A DNA stretch of 64,000 nucleotides from an uncultured Holophagales bacterium (GCA_963842525.1 CAWJGT010000003.1:992001-1056000), one strand, 5' to 3'; positions 8,618 through 18,893 are shown, counted from the stretch's first letter. The notes: generated by a model not told the origin, from the sequence alone. Numbers and translations are program-made.

Positions 8618-11600
8618 ATGCGACGCAGTCGAGGTTTCCGACGGGCAGCTCTCGCCGCGCTCTTCGCTCTGGCAGCCGGCGGTGAGAGCGCGCAGGCGCC
8701 TCCGGCTGCAATCCCTCTTTCTCCCGGTACAGAGCTTGAGCGCGACTTTGCTGCCGGCTCATCCCAGGTCTTCGAGGCCGAGCTTGCCGCAGGCAGCATC
8801 TACCTGCTCGCGGTCGAGCAGCGGGGGATCCACCTGGTGGTCGACGTGCGCGGGCCGGACGGCGAGAGCCTCGTTGCGGTCGATTCTCCACTGGACCGCT
8901 GGGGGATCGAGGACGTTCTTCTCCGTCCTGCCTTCTCGGGCACCTATCGGGTCGAGGTGCGTGCCGAGAGGAGGGGAGTCGGGCCTGGCCGTTGTGTAAT
9001 CCGCCTGGACGAGATTCCCGCGGCCGATCGCGAGCGAGTCTCAGGCCTGGCCGCGATGACGCAGGCGGGCACGATCCTGCGCCGCGAGCCCACGGGCAGC
9101 CTCGACAAGATCCTGGCGGCCTACCAGGAGGCGCGCGGCCATTTCCAGGCTGCCGGTGACCGGCCGGGTGAGGCTGAGGTGATCGCGGCCCTCGCCGAGG
9201 TCCATCATCGTCTGGGGAAGCAGCGGCAGGCGGTCGAGCTCTATCGCGAGGCGGTGTCGCGCTGGCAGGAGCTGGACCGGCCCGAACGCGAGGTGCAGGC
9301 CTGGACCGACCTCGGGCTCACCCTCTGGGAGATGAGCGAGCTTCCTGCTGCCGACGAGGCTCTCGCGCACGGCCTCGATCTTGCGCGCCGTCTCGGTCTG
9401 GCTTACCACGAGGCCGATTTGCGCAACAACCAGTGCCTGGTCCTGCACGCTCGCAGCGGCATCCAGCCGGCGCTCGCCTGCTATCGGGAGACCCTGGCGC
9501 TCTATCGGCAGCTCGGCGAGACGAGGGACGAGGCCACGGCTCTCAACAACCTCGGCTTCGCCTGGTTCAACCTGGGCGAGCCGCAGCCGGCCGAGGAGAG
9601 CTACCGGCAGGCGCTGGAGATTCGCCGGAAGACCGGCGACCGGGCCGGCGCGGCCCAGGCGCTCAACAACCTTGCCGTCCTCTACCGCAGCCTGGGTGAG
9701 ATCGACAAAGCGCTCAAGGCCTACGGCGAGGCCCGGGAGATCCTCGCGACCCTGGACGACCGCCGGCAGGAGGCCGCCACTCTGAGCAACCTGGGGGTCG
9801 CCTACATGGCCATCGGCGAGATGGACAGAGCCCGGCTCTATCTGACCCAGGCCCTGGCGCTCCGGCGGGCCGTCGAGGATCGGCGCGGCGAGATCGCGAC
9901 TCTCAACAACCTCGGCCGACTGGAGAGCCGCAGCGGCGCGCCTGACAAGGCGATTCCTTTCTATCAGCAGGCCCTCGAGGTGGCCCGCGCCACGTCCGAT
10001 GCGCGGAACGAGGGGACCAGCCGCAGCTATCTCGGCCAGGCCCTGGCAAAGGCCGGCCGTTCCGCCGAGGCGCTCGCCGAGCTCGACAAGGCGCTCGCCC
10101 TGCAGCGCCAGACCGGCGACCGGCCCGGCGAGGCCACCACCCTGGGGCACAAGGGAGAGGTCCTGGCCGACACCGGTCAGGCTGCTGAGGCCTTGCCGTT
10201 TTTCGGACAAGCCATTCTCGGTTTGCGCGCCGCCGGCGACCGCGCCAATGAGGCCGTGGCCCTCGCCAAGCGGGCCGCCGCACTGCGGGACCTTGGGGAG
10301 CTCGACAAGGCGGCGAGCGATGCCGAAGTCGCCATCGCAGCTCACGAATCACTGCGCACGCGCCTGGGCAACCCCGAGCTCCGCGCCGTCTTTCGCGGCT
10401 CCCGCAGTGACGCCTATGAGCTCCGCGTCGATCTCCTGATGCGCCTGGCCGCTGCGCGGCCCGGCCAGGGTTTCGACCGGGCCGCCTTCGAGGCGAGCGA
10501 GCAGGCGCGCGCCCGTTCGCTCCTCGACGTCCTGCGCGAGAGCGGCGCCACGATCCGGAGCGGCGTCGATCCGGCTCTCGCGGCGCGGCAGCACGACCTC
10601 GAACGCCGCCTGGCCCTGAAGACGGACCGGCTCCAGATCCTCCTCGGCCGCGGCAAGGGGGGGCAGGAAGAGAGCAGGACCCTGGAGATCGAAAGCGAGC
10701 AGATCCGGGCCGAGCTGGACAACCTCGACGCCGAAATACGGCGGAAAAACCCGCGCTATGCCGACCTCACCCATCCCGGCGCTGCGAGCACGAGCGAGAT
10801 CCAGGCGCTCCTCGACTCCGGGACGCTCCTGCTCGAATACTCCCTCGGAACCGGGCGGAGCTTTCTCTGGGCGGTCGATGCGGCCGGTCTGCGCTCCTTC
10901 GTCCTGCCCGGGCGGGAGGAGATCGAGCGCGAGGCCCGCTCCTTCCACGAGGCCCTGAGCACGCCCGCTCCGGACGGCGATGATCAGCGGGAGCGCATCG
11001 GGCAGACGCTCAGCCGCGTGCTCCTCGGTCCGGTGGCGGGCGATCTCGGGGACCGTCGTCTGGCGATCGTGCCAGACGGAGCTTTGAGCTACATCCCCTT
11101 CGACGTCCTGCCCGAGCCCGGAGGGCGCCATTCGGTAGCCCAGGGTGTGAACCCTGGGCGAGGGCTCCTCCTCGAGCAGCACGAGGTGGTCGTGCTGCCG
11201 TCGGCGTCCGTCCTGGCGGCCGAGCGGCGGCAGCTCGCCCGGAGGCCGCCGGCCCGCGATCTCGCCATCGTGCTCGCCGACCCGGTCTTCCAGCCGGACG
11301 ATCCTCGCGTTGCAAAGAACGGAAATCCGACCGCGGTCGAGCGGCGCAACGCAGGCTTGGACGGCCTCCTCCTGCCGCGTCTCCGCTTCTCCCGACAGGA
11401 AGCCTTGACGATCGCCGCCCTGGCCGGACCGGGTGCGGTCACCACCAGGCTCGACTTCGCAGCCAACCGCGATCTCGTCCTCTCCGGAGGCCTGCGCGAC
11501 TTTCGGTATATCCACTTTGCCACCCATGGCATCTTCGACGCGGAGCGGCCGGAGCTCTCGGGCCTCGCCCTCTCCCAGGTCGATCCGGCCGGGAAACCCC

Positions 11601-11950
11601 AGGAAGGATTCCTCCGCCTGCGCGACATCTACGACCTCGACCTTGCGGCCGACCTCGTGGTGCTCTCCGGCTGCGAGACGGCCCTGGGCAAGGAGATCCG
11701 TGGCGAAGGGCTCCTCGGCCTCACCCGCGGCTTTTTCTACGCGGGAGCGCCGCGGGTCGTCGCGAGCCTCTGGTGGATCGACGACCGGGCGACGGCGACA
11801 CTGATGGCAGAGCTCTATCGTGGTATGTGGGCCGAAGGCCTGCGGCCCGCCGCGGCGCTCCGCCAGGCCCGTCTCTCCCTCGCACGCCAGCACCGCTTCC
11901 GCGATCCCGCCTACTGGGGAGCCTTCGTTCTCCAGGGGGACTGGCAGTGA
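8618..11950 (+). CDS. secreted TPR-repeat and CHAT (caspase-like) protease
   Basis: Signal peptide; many EATALNNLG-type TPRs; CHAT catalytic IHFATHG and VVLSGCET; ends WGAFVLQGDW. Confidence 0.93.
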   Translation: MRRSRGFRRAALAALFALAAGGESAQAPPAAIPLSPGTELERDFAAGSSQVFEAELAAGSIYLLAVEQRGIHLVVDVRGPDGESLVAVDSPLDRWGIEDVLLRPAFSGTYRVEVRAERRGVGPGRCVIRLDEIPAADRERVSGLAAMTQAGTILRREPTGSLDKILAAYQEARGHFQAAGDRPGEAEVIAALAEVHHRLGKQRQAVELYREAVSRWQELDRPEREVQAWTDLGLTLWEMSELPAADEALAHGLDLARRLGLAYHEADLRNNQCLVLHARSGIQPALACYRETLALYRQLGETRDEATALNNLGFAWFNLGEPQPAEESYRQALEIRRKTGDRAGAAQALNNLAVLYRSLGEIDKALKAYGEAREILATLDDRRQEAATLSNLGVAYMAIGEMDRARLYLTQALALRRAVEDRRGEIATLNNLGRLESRSGAPDKAIPFYQQALEVARATSDARNEGTSRSYLGQALAKAGRSAEALAELDKALALQRQTGDRPGEATTLGHKGEVLADTGQAAEALPFFGQAILGLRAAGDRANEAVALAKRAAALRDLGELDKAASDAEVAIAAHESLRTRLGNPELRAVFRGSRSDAYELRVDLLMRLAAARPGQGFDRAAFEASEQARARSLLDVLRESGATIRSGVDPALAARQHDLERRLALKTDRLQILLGRGKGGQEESRTLEIESEQIRAELDNLDAEIRRKNPRYADLTHPGAASTSEIQALLDSGTLLLEYSLGTGRSFLWAVDAAGLRSFVLPGREEIEREARSFHEALSTPAPDGDDQRERIGQTLSRVLLGPVAGDLGDRRLAIVPDGALSYIPFDVLPEPGGRHSVAQGVNPGRGLLLEQHEVVVLPSASVLAAERRQLARRPPARDLAIVLADPVFQPDDPRVAKNGNPTAVERRNAGLDGLLLPRLRFSRQEALTIAALAGPGAVTTRLDFAANRDLVLSGGLRDFRYIHFATHGIFDAERPELSGLALSQVDPAGKPQEGFLRLRDIYDLDLAADLVVLSGCETALGKEIRGEGLLGLTRGFFYAGAPRVVASLWWIDDRATATLMAELYRGMWAEGLRPAAALRQARLSLARQHRFRDPAYWGAFVLQGDWQ

Positions 11951-11982
11951 GCAGAGTCACTCATAACAAGGAGAAACAGATC

Positions 11983-12291
11983 ATGCCACTCGTCGACTAT
12001 GCAGGCAGGATATGGAAAGTCATCCATGTCGAAGGGGACCCGCCGTGCCAGGTGGGAGATGATGTCACATTTCCCGTAAAGCTTGGTGAGTCCAACGACG
12101 TGACAGTCAGTTGTAGCAGAGAGGGCGCTACGACTACTTTCAACGGGCGGTATGATACAGGGTCCGATACCATCAAGGTGGACGGCTACGAGATCCGCAT
12201 GGTGCTGTGCATTAAGCTCATGACGACGGAGGGTCTGATCGCGGGGTCCTGGACTGCCGAAGATCAAGGGCCTTGGCCTGGCGACGGCTAG
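11983..12291 (+). CDS. small beta-rich hypothetical protein
   Basis: AAGGAG RBS; directly follows the CHAT gene; lower GC. Confidence 0.6.
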   Translation: MPLVDYAGRIWKVIHVEGDPPCQVGDDVTFPVKLGESNDVTVSCSREGATTTFNGRYDTGSDTIKVDGYEIRMVLCIKLMTTEGLIAGSWTAEDQGPWPGDG

Positions 12292-12607
12292 GCTAGAGCC
12301 CCTCCGCCCCTCCTCTCTCCCTCCCTGTTGGGGCGGCCCGGCGACTGACAGCCGGCCGCCCAAAAATTTCTTGGAACAAACTGCGCCGGCGCCTCACTCC
12401 TGAGACGAAGCGGCTCGCGAGGCGCGCCGGAACGGCGGTCAGAAACGCCACAGGGCTCTCGATGGGCCGCAACGACCAACCTGTGTCGCGCGGGCCAGAC
12501 TGTCCAGGTCCAGCAGCTCGACCCTGCGAGCGGCCAGGTCAGCCAGACCACTATGGCTGCTTAGGGCGTGGAGAACGCAATTAACAGAAAACCCGAGGAG
12601 GAGCGAA

Positions 12608-13677
12608 ATGAGCGCGATGGGCTTTGGACAGAATGTGACAGGCGGTGGCAAGAATCCCGTCCGGATCGAGGTCACCAAGGGGAAGAACAGCGGCTCGGGT
12701 ACCTTGGCGGAAGCCATCGACAAGGCCAATGGAGCCAAAGGGCGCGAGACGGAGATCGTGATCACAACGGACATCGATCCGAACAAGACCGACCTGGTCG
12801 TTAGCGCCAAGAAACTCACCATCCGGACTGAAGGCGGCGCCGTCATCAACGGGAACCATCTGGTCTTCGACTGTACAAAGGCTGATAACATCTGGTTGAC
12901 CGACCTGCGATTCGACTCCGACGGGGAGAGCAAGCCGCGAGATACCATCTCGATCGACGCCACCAAGGGACGCGGGAAGACAGGATTCTGGATTGATCAC
13001 TGCTCCTTCGAGGCGTATTTCGACCTGAACATTACCTCGAACACCCGAGACAAGAAAGGCGAGCCGCCCCTCCTGATCACCGTCTCGCACTGCTACTTCC
13101 ATGACCGGAACCCGACCGGCGAAGACCACAGGAACCACGGCGCACTGGGGATCCATGGGGCTGGTGAAAAAGAGGGGGGCCCGGATCAAAAAACCAATGC
13201 CTATGCGACGGTGTACCGCAACTACTTCGAAAACGTCCGGCGGCGCTCGCCACGTAGCTCGCAAAGGACCTTCGTTCATGCGTTCAACAACGTCCTCGTG
13301 AATTGGGGGAACGGCGATCCCAACCCCGCCCCCAAGGACCAGGTCAACGGAATGCTTTCCGGCAACTTCGGAATCCTCGCCGCGGAGGCGAACTATTTCT
13401 ACGCCGGCGTATTCAAGTCGGCGATCAGCGTCGCGAAGGGCAAAGCGCCAGGCGAGCTCTTCGTGGGTGTGGACCAGCTCGTGAACCTGTATCTCAATGG
13501 CGCGCTCGACCCGTTCAAGGATCCGAACAATGAGCTGCCTAAGGGCCCGCCCCCGGATCCGACAAAGAGCTCAAGAAGAGGTATGACGAGGCACTGGGAG
13601 CGAAGGTCCCCCAGCGTGACCCAATCAACGAAGCGTTGAGCGACACCATCAAGAAAGAGGCCGGGGCGCGGTCATAG
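12608..13677 (+). CDS. polysaccharide lyase family 1 (pectate lyase-like) beta-helix protein; probable frameshift near the 3' end
   Basis: GFGQNVTGG, SGSGTL, WIDHCSF, RRSPR, HAFNN; alternative-frame tail IKKEAGARS* resembles PL1 C-termini. Confidence 0.75.
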
Positions 13678-13958
13678 GGCCGTCAGTGGGGGAGCGCATC
13701 GCGGCGGGCTGCCGGTCTCTCCGGCCGCCCGCCCAGCATTGACGGGCTGTACGTTCTGGAGCACTTGCGGATGCCGCTTGCGATTCTTGGTGATCTGGCG
13801 ATAGGCCCGTACCTGCGGATCCGCAAGGTGTCCACGGATGGCAACGTAACTGAACTGGCCCGGATCTGGGGGAGGCGCAGTTTCGCCGCAGGGGGGGTGA
13901 TGGCCGCGATTGTTGGCGTAATTGTTGTGGCGACGTGGTTTCGCAGCCGGAGGAGGTC

Positions 13959-13990
13959 GCCCAACACGCCGCTGCAGCCGACGAGCTACG
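13959..13990 (+). mobile_element. left half of an attC-like site after a cassette-like gene fragment
   Basis: GCCCAAC (RYYYAAC) followed by ACGCCGCTGCAGCCGAC, a typical attC R''/L'' start; the right half is absent. Confidence 0.4.
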
Positions 13991-14615
13991 CGCCCACGTT
14001 ATCCGCTATCGTTCCCTTCCGAAGCACCCAGGTGCTCATGGACCGGAGGTTCTGGACGAGTGTGGTCTTCAGGGGGTCGAGCCAGATCCCCCCGAGCCGG
14101 TCGGTCGTCCGGCGGAGAATCTCCTCGTCCACCAGGAATCGCTGTGATCCGTCCGGCAGTTGATACCTCCTTCCTGCCAGCGGACGGACGCGTTGCTCCA
14201 GACCGATGGTCGACGCCAGTCGAGCGAAGAAGAGGCCACCTGGGCGGAGGACACGCCACATCTCATCGAGCATGCGATGGAAGTGCTCTTCATCTCTCGC
14301 GAAGTGAAGCACCGCGCTGCACACGACCACGTCGAAGCTCTCGGCGGCGAACGACAGGGATTCCAGAGGGCTGACCTGGAAGTTCTCCGGAGGCAGCGTC
14401 GGCGCGAGGCCGGCCGCCAAGCTTCGAACCTGGTGCACCGCCGATTGATTGTCGTCGACTCCGAAGACCTCGTAACCTGAGCGCAGCAACCAAATCAGGT
14501 TCCTTCCCCCGCCGCAACCGGCGTCCAGCAGACTCATGCCCGGGGTGATCCGCCCCTTCAGGAGCTGATCGAGGAGATAGATGTCGATGTCGCCCAGGAG
14601 CTCATGCAGGTCCAT
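13986..14615 (-). CDS. class I SAM-dependent methyltransferase
   Basis: LLDAGCGGGRN motif I; FDVVVCSAVLH; RVLRPGG. Confidence 0.9.
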   Translation of the reverse strand: MDLHELLGDIDIYLLDQLLKGRITPGMSLLDAGCGGGRNLIWLLRSGYEVFGVDDNQSAVHQVRSLAAGLAPTLPPENFQVSPLESLSFAAESFDVVVCSAVLHFARDEEHFHRMLDEMWRVLRPGGLFFARLASTIGLEQRVRPLAGRRYQLPDGSQRFLVDEEILRRTTDRLGGIWLDPLKTTLVQNLRSMSTWVLRKGTIADNVGA

Positions 14616-14761
14616 GGCGGCCAAAGATAGCGTAGGAATGGAGAATCCCATGAAACCTGAAGATCTCTGCTTGCATAACTTTGCGGAGTAAAGTACATTG
14701 CGGCGCTACAGGCAGGCCGCAACGCGGCATGAGACTCGTGTCTTCTGGGGGAGAGCCGACC

Positions 14762-16141
14762 ATGACAAAAGCCACGATCGCCGGCGGGGCGTTCGCCACC
14801 GTGCTCGTCCTCCTCGCCCTCGCCGCCGGCTACCGGGCCCTCAACCAGGACGTCCACCCCGCCGCGGCGACATCGCCCGCGATCACACCCTCAACCACGC
14901 CGGCGGCGGCGGAGACCCACCCGGCAGCGGAGACCCCCCAGGGGTTCCTCTACGGCCGGATCACCACCGTCGACGGCGCCACCTACGAGGGGCGGCTGCG
15001 CTGGGGGGGCGACGAGGAGGCGTTCTGGGGCGACTACTTCAACGGCTTCAAGACACGAGAACCCCTGGGCTCGCCCACGTGCCGCCAGAGCGGCTGCCCA
15101 AGGAGCGCCGCCCGATCGAGATCTTCGGATTCAAGATCGCCGGCAGGGAGCGCCAGAGCGACGCTCGGCCGGCCTTTCATGGCGCGCTTCGGCGACATCG
15201 CGCGCATCGAGGCGCGCGGCCGTGACGTGCGGGTGACTCTCAAGAGCGGGACCGTGTTCGACCTCGACCGCTTCGAAGCCAGCGACTTCGACGACGGCGT
15301 GCGGGTGTGGGACGGCAGGCGGGGCGTCGTCGACCTCGACAGTCTGCGGATCCGCACGATCGAGCTCCTCCCCACCGCCGCGGCTGGGCGCCGCCCCCGA
15401 CCGGCTGCACGGTACGGTGCGCACGCGGCAGGGCGACTTCACCGGCTTCGTCCAGTGGAACCGGGAGGAGTGCGTCGGCTCCGACGAGCTCGACGGCCGC
15501 ACCGCCGACGGTGAGCTCAGCCTGCGTTTCGACACCATCCGCTCCATCGCGCGCCGCTCGCGCGACAGCTCCCTGGTGACGCTGCTCGACGGCCGCGAGA
15601 TCGTGCTCTCCGGCACCCACGAAGTCGGCGACGGCAACCGCGGGATCTACGTCGACGACCGGCGCTACGGCCGGGTGCTGATCTCCTGGGACGCCTTCGA
15701 GCGCGTCGACTTCAGCCCCGGCGGCGGCAGCACGGCCCCGCCTACGGCGACTTCCCGCCGGGGCGCCCGCTCACGGGCAGCGTCACCACCCGCGCCGGCC
15801 GCCGCCTCGCCGGCCGGCTGGTCTACGACCTCGACGAGAGCGAGACCACCGAGACGCTCGACGCCCCATCCCAGGGCGTGGACTACACCATCCCCTTCGG
15901 CCTGATCGCCTCGATCGTGCCCCCCGGCCGCGAAGAGCGCGGCGCCCAGCGCGCCAGGGTGACCCTCCATAACGGCGAGGAGCTGCAGCTCGAGCGCACC
16001 GGCGACCTCGGCGAGGGGAATGCCGGCATGCTGATCTTCGTCGACGGCCGTCAGCGCCCCGAGTACGTGCCCTGGACCGACGTCGAGCAGGTCGACTTCG
16101 ACCGCCCGCCGGCGATGTACCCGCCGCTCGGCGGGCGCTAG
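14762..16141 (+). CDS. secreted hypothetical protein with three internal repeats; about 3 frameshifts
   Basis: Signal anchor; repeats YGRITTVDGATYEGRLRW, HGTVRTRQGDFTGFVQW, TGSVTTRAGRRLAGRLVY across frames. Confidence 0.65.
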
Positions 16142-16149
16142 GTCACGGG

Positions 16150-16181
16150 CCGTCGCTTCACCACCGGCCACAATCTGGCCA
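16150..16181 (+). repeat. left copy of a ~31-bp direct repeat bounding an island
   Basis: CCGTCGCTTCACCACCG-GC-CACAATCTGGCCA; second copy at 18863. Confidence 0.8.
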
Positions 16182-16249
16182 CACTGGTTTCCCGGAGCGC
16201 GGCAATTTGATAGTATAGAGACGTTATCCGGAGGTGCAGTACTGTAGCT

Positions 16250-16543
16250 ATGTACCAGCTCGAAATGACGGAGAGTGCCCGCGAGGACTTGCGCTTCTTG
16301 GAGAAGCCTTTGCGGCGCTACGTCTTGGAGAAGGCTGAACGCTATTTGTCAGCGGAGCCTTTGCGGCCGGCCCTCAACCGGAAGCCACTCCGCCCCAACG
16401 AGCTTGCTTCCTGGGAATTGCGGATCGGGTCATTTCGGGTCTTCTATGACGTCAAGATCGAGAGTAGGATCGTCTTGATCAAGGCGGTTGGCCGGAAGGA
16501 ACGTGACCGTCTCCTGATCCGCGGCAAGGAGACCAGGCTATGA
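16250..16543 (+). CDS. RelE/ParE family toxin
   Basis: AREDLRFL, WELRIGSFRVFYDV, IKAVGRK. Confidence 0.88.
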   Translation: MYQLEMTESAREDLRFLEKPLRRYVLEKAERYLSAEPLRPALNRKPLRPNELASWELRIGSFRVFYDVKIESRIVLIKAVGRKERDRLLIRGKETRL

Positions 16544-16789
16544 AAAAGGTCGAACTCGACTGCCATCTCGAACCTGGAGGATCTGCTGGATCTTGCACAG
16601 GAAGACACCATCCTTCTCAGGACTCCAGAGGGCCAGGAATTCATCGTATCGTCCGAGGTCGAGGACTTCGAGGCTGAGCTGGAGTCTCTCCGGAACAACA
16701 AGGAGTTCATGGAATTCCTCGACGAGAGGTCTCGCGAAGAGAAGACCTACTCCCTCGCAGAGGTCAAGAAGCACCTCGGCTTGGACTGA
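16540..16789 (+). CDS. cognate antitoxin; frameshift near 16558
   Basis: MKKVEL + TAISNLEDLLDLAQEDTILLRTPEG...FMEFLDERSREEKTYSLAEVKKHLGLD*; ATGA overlap with the toxin. Confidence 0.75.
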
Positions 16790-16829
16790 GGCTCGTCACC
16801 CGCTCCCGGCAACAAGGAGGGCACCTCCG

Positions 16830-17366
16830 ATGGTCGCAGGAGACGATGGAGACATTATTCGAGGACTCGGTTTCGTGACCCTTCATTCTGCTTACCTGGA
16901 AGAAGAGGTTGACAGGTGCGCAGAGGTGCTCAAAAGCCTTGGGGCTTCTATTGCTGAGCCGCCAATTCCGAAGTGGCCAGCCCAAAAGTTAGAGTACTGC
17001 CTGAACCGGTGCACAGAACTCGGCATTGACCACTTGCTTGTTGTAACCCACGCATTCAGGGGGGGCAAGTCACTATTCAAGCGGCGCAATGATGTTGTGC
17101 ACGGCAGAACCTACGCTCAGACTAAGGGGCCAGATATTAGACGATCCGGAAGACCCGGGGTCCCGGACTGCCCAGTTACATCGAAAGAACTCTACGAACT
17201 GGCCGATGACTTCTACGAGACAACGAAAATTGTAAGCCAGATTACCGACTTTTATATACCAGATGCAGTGGCGAACAAAGGATCTGTAGAACCGGCAGAC
17301 TCCAACCGCCGAACCCACGCTTCCACCGGACGGTCGGCTTCGCCGCCCGCAGCGTCAAAACGTTAG
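16830..17366 (+). CDS. hypothetical cassette protein with a HEPN-like RxxxxH motif
   Basis: AAGGAGG RBS; helical; RNDVVH motif; lower GC; reads into the attC-like site. Confidence 0.6.
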   Translation: MVAGDDGDIIRGLGFVTLHSAYLEEEVDRCAEVLKSLGASIAEPPIPKWPAQKLEYCLNRCTELGIDHLLVVTHAFRGGKSLFKRRNDVVHGRTYAQTKGPDIRRSGRPGVPDCPVTSKELYELADDFYETTKIVSQITDFYIPDAVANKGSVEPADSNRRTHASTGRSASPPAASKR

Positions 17367-17368
17367 GG
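17308..17368 (+). mobile_element. attC-like recombination site
   Basis: GCCGAAC ... ACGCT/AGCGT arms and CGGC-TTC-GCCG stem ... GTTAGGG; 61 bp. Confidence 0.6.
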
Positions 17369-17387
17369 GCACCGCGGAGCTACATTG

Positions 17388-18230
17388 ATGTCGAACTCAA
17401 GCATTAAGAGCGCTCTCCAAAAGGTACTCAATAGTCATGGGTATGGCCTACACTATGCCATCATTAGGAAGATGGATGAACTTCTGCAGGATGGGCGTGC
17501 CTTTCCTTGGCAGCTGGCTGCGGTCGAGCTTCCTGTAGAAGTGCGGGGGGAGCACACGAGAGTTGATATTGTATTAAAGCACATCGTTAGATCCGTCTAT
17601 ATCGTTTGTGAGTGCAAGAGAGTAAACCCATCTCTATCAGAGTGGGCGTTCGTGAAGGCGCCCTACGTGACTCCTCCGGATTCGGCAGAGTGGATTTTTG
17701 CCGAGTCGGTGATGTCCGATGGCCGGAGTAGTTTTCAGACAAGCGTCGACCGTGTCGGATCTTCAAAGGAGGTCTTTCATGTAGCGGTCGAAGTTAAAAG
17801 CGATAAGGCCGGGGATCAATATGGTCACGGCAGAGGAGGAATCGAGGGTGCCGCAACCCAAGTGCTTCGATCTGTCAATGGTTTCGTGCACTTCCTCAAG
17901 AGCAATAGCCCGCTTCTAGCCATAAATGACCCAACCTCCATAGTGCCGGTTGTTTTTACCACAGCGTCGCTCCGTACCACAAACTTGGATCTTGGTGGGG
18001 CCAATCTAGAAAATGGGCATGTCGATTTGGCGGACGTTATCATCCAAGAAGTTGACTGGCTATATTATCAATATAGTCAAAGTCCAGGTTTGAGGCACAC
18101 GCTGGGGAGCTCGCATAGCGGTAAATCCATTGCAGATATCTTGCAGGCAGAGTTCACCCGGACGATAGCGGTAGTGAATCCACAGAGCCTCGAAGCGTTC
18201 TTTAAGGAGGCATTGGGATTTATGCGTTGA
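17388..18230 (+). CDS. hypothetical cassette protein with a PD-(D/E)XK-like motif
   Basis: RVDIVLKH...IVCECKR; low GC; between two attC-like sites. Confidence 0.65.
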   Translation: MSNSSIKSALQKVLNSHGYGLHYAIIRKMDELLQDGRAFPWQLAAVELPVEVRGEHTRVDIVLKHIVRSVYIVCECKRVNPSLSEWAFVKAPYVTPPDSAEWIFAESVMSDGRSSFQTSVDRVGSSKEVFHVAVEVKSDKAGDQYGHGRGGIEGAATQVLRSVNGFVHFLKSNSPLLAINDPTSIVPVVFTTASLRTTNLDLGGANLENGHVDLADVIIQEVDWLYYQYSQSPGLRHTLGSSHSGKSIADILQAEFTRTIAVVNPQSLEAFFKEALGFMR

Positions 18231-18236
18231 TGGCGC

Positions 18237-18297
18237 GCCTAGCGCGGTCGGTCGAGCGGACGTCTAACGCCGCCGCTCACCTCCAGAAACGGTAGAC
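18237..18297 (+). mobile_element. degenerate attC-like site
   Basis: GCCTAGC ... GGTCGAGCGG/CCGCTCACC arms with one unpaired base ... GGTAGAC; both core sites carry one mismatch. Confidence 0.5.
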
Positions 18298-18340
18298 AAC
18301 CCGATCATTACCCTTGATCTTGCAAAACCCCTGAGAGCAG

Positions 18341-18793
18341 ATGCTCTCGAGATACTTGTATCGGCCTATAACTCTCAAGCATCTCAATCCAAAGGAACTG
18401 CCCGACTGGTCACACACGTTCGGCCAGGTTGTTGTGGTTGAGCATGCGGGGCTTCGTCACATTCATGTGGCTGGCCAGGTTGGAGTGGACGTCCACAAGC
18501 AGCTCGCAGGTGACGGCGGTCTGGAGGCGCAGCTTGACGGCGCACTCAAGAATCTCGAGCTTGCACTGGCGGCAGCCGGGGCGGCATGGGGCGATGTCGT
18601 CAAGCTGACGATTTTCGTTGTCAACTATCAGCCTGCGTACGCTCCTTTGATCACCCGCGCCATCTCCTCGAGGTTCAGTGCGAGTCATCTTCCCGCGCTC
18701 TCCCTGGTAGGCGTGGCCGCCCTGGCCGATTTGCAGTGGCTCGTGGAAGTCGAGGCGAGTGCTGCCGTTGTTTCAGGACATGCGACAGAATAA
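18341..18793 (+). CDS. RidA/YjgF family protein
   Basis: IHVAGQVG, ALKNLELALAAAGA, DVVKLTIFVV, LVEVEA; start codon uncertain. Confidence 0.85.
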   Translation: MLSRYLYRPITLKHLNPKELPDWSHTFGQVVVVEHAGLRHIHVAGQVGVDVHKQLAGDGGLEAQLDGALKNLELALAAAGAAWGDVVKLTIFVVNYQPAYAPLITRAISSRFSASHLPALSLVGVAALADLQWLVEVEASAAVVSGHATE

Positions 18794-18826
18794 CGGCGCA
18801 TCGTCTCAACTCAGACACCGTTGGGC
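18788..18826 (+). mobile_element. internally deleted attC-like remnant
   Basis: TAAC overlapping the RidA stop codon and a perfect GTTGGGC R' site, but only 39 bp long. Confidence 0.35.
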
Positions 18827-18862
18827 GCCGATCGGCCGAGAGGGTGCTATCTCCGGGCCTTT

Positions 18863-18893
18863 CCGTCGCTTCACCACCGACACAATCTGGCCA
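18863..18893 (+). repeat. right copy of the ~31-bp direct repeat
   Basis: CCGTCGCTTCACCACCG-A-CACAATCTGGCCA. Confidence 0.8.
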
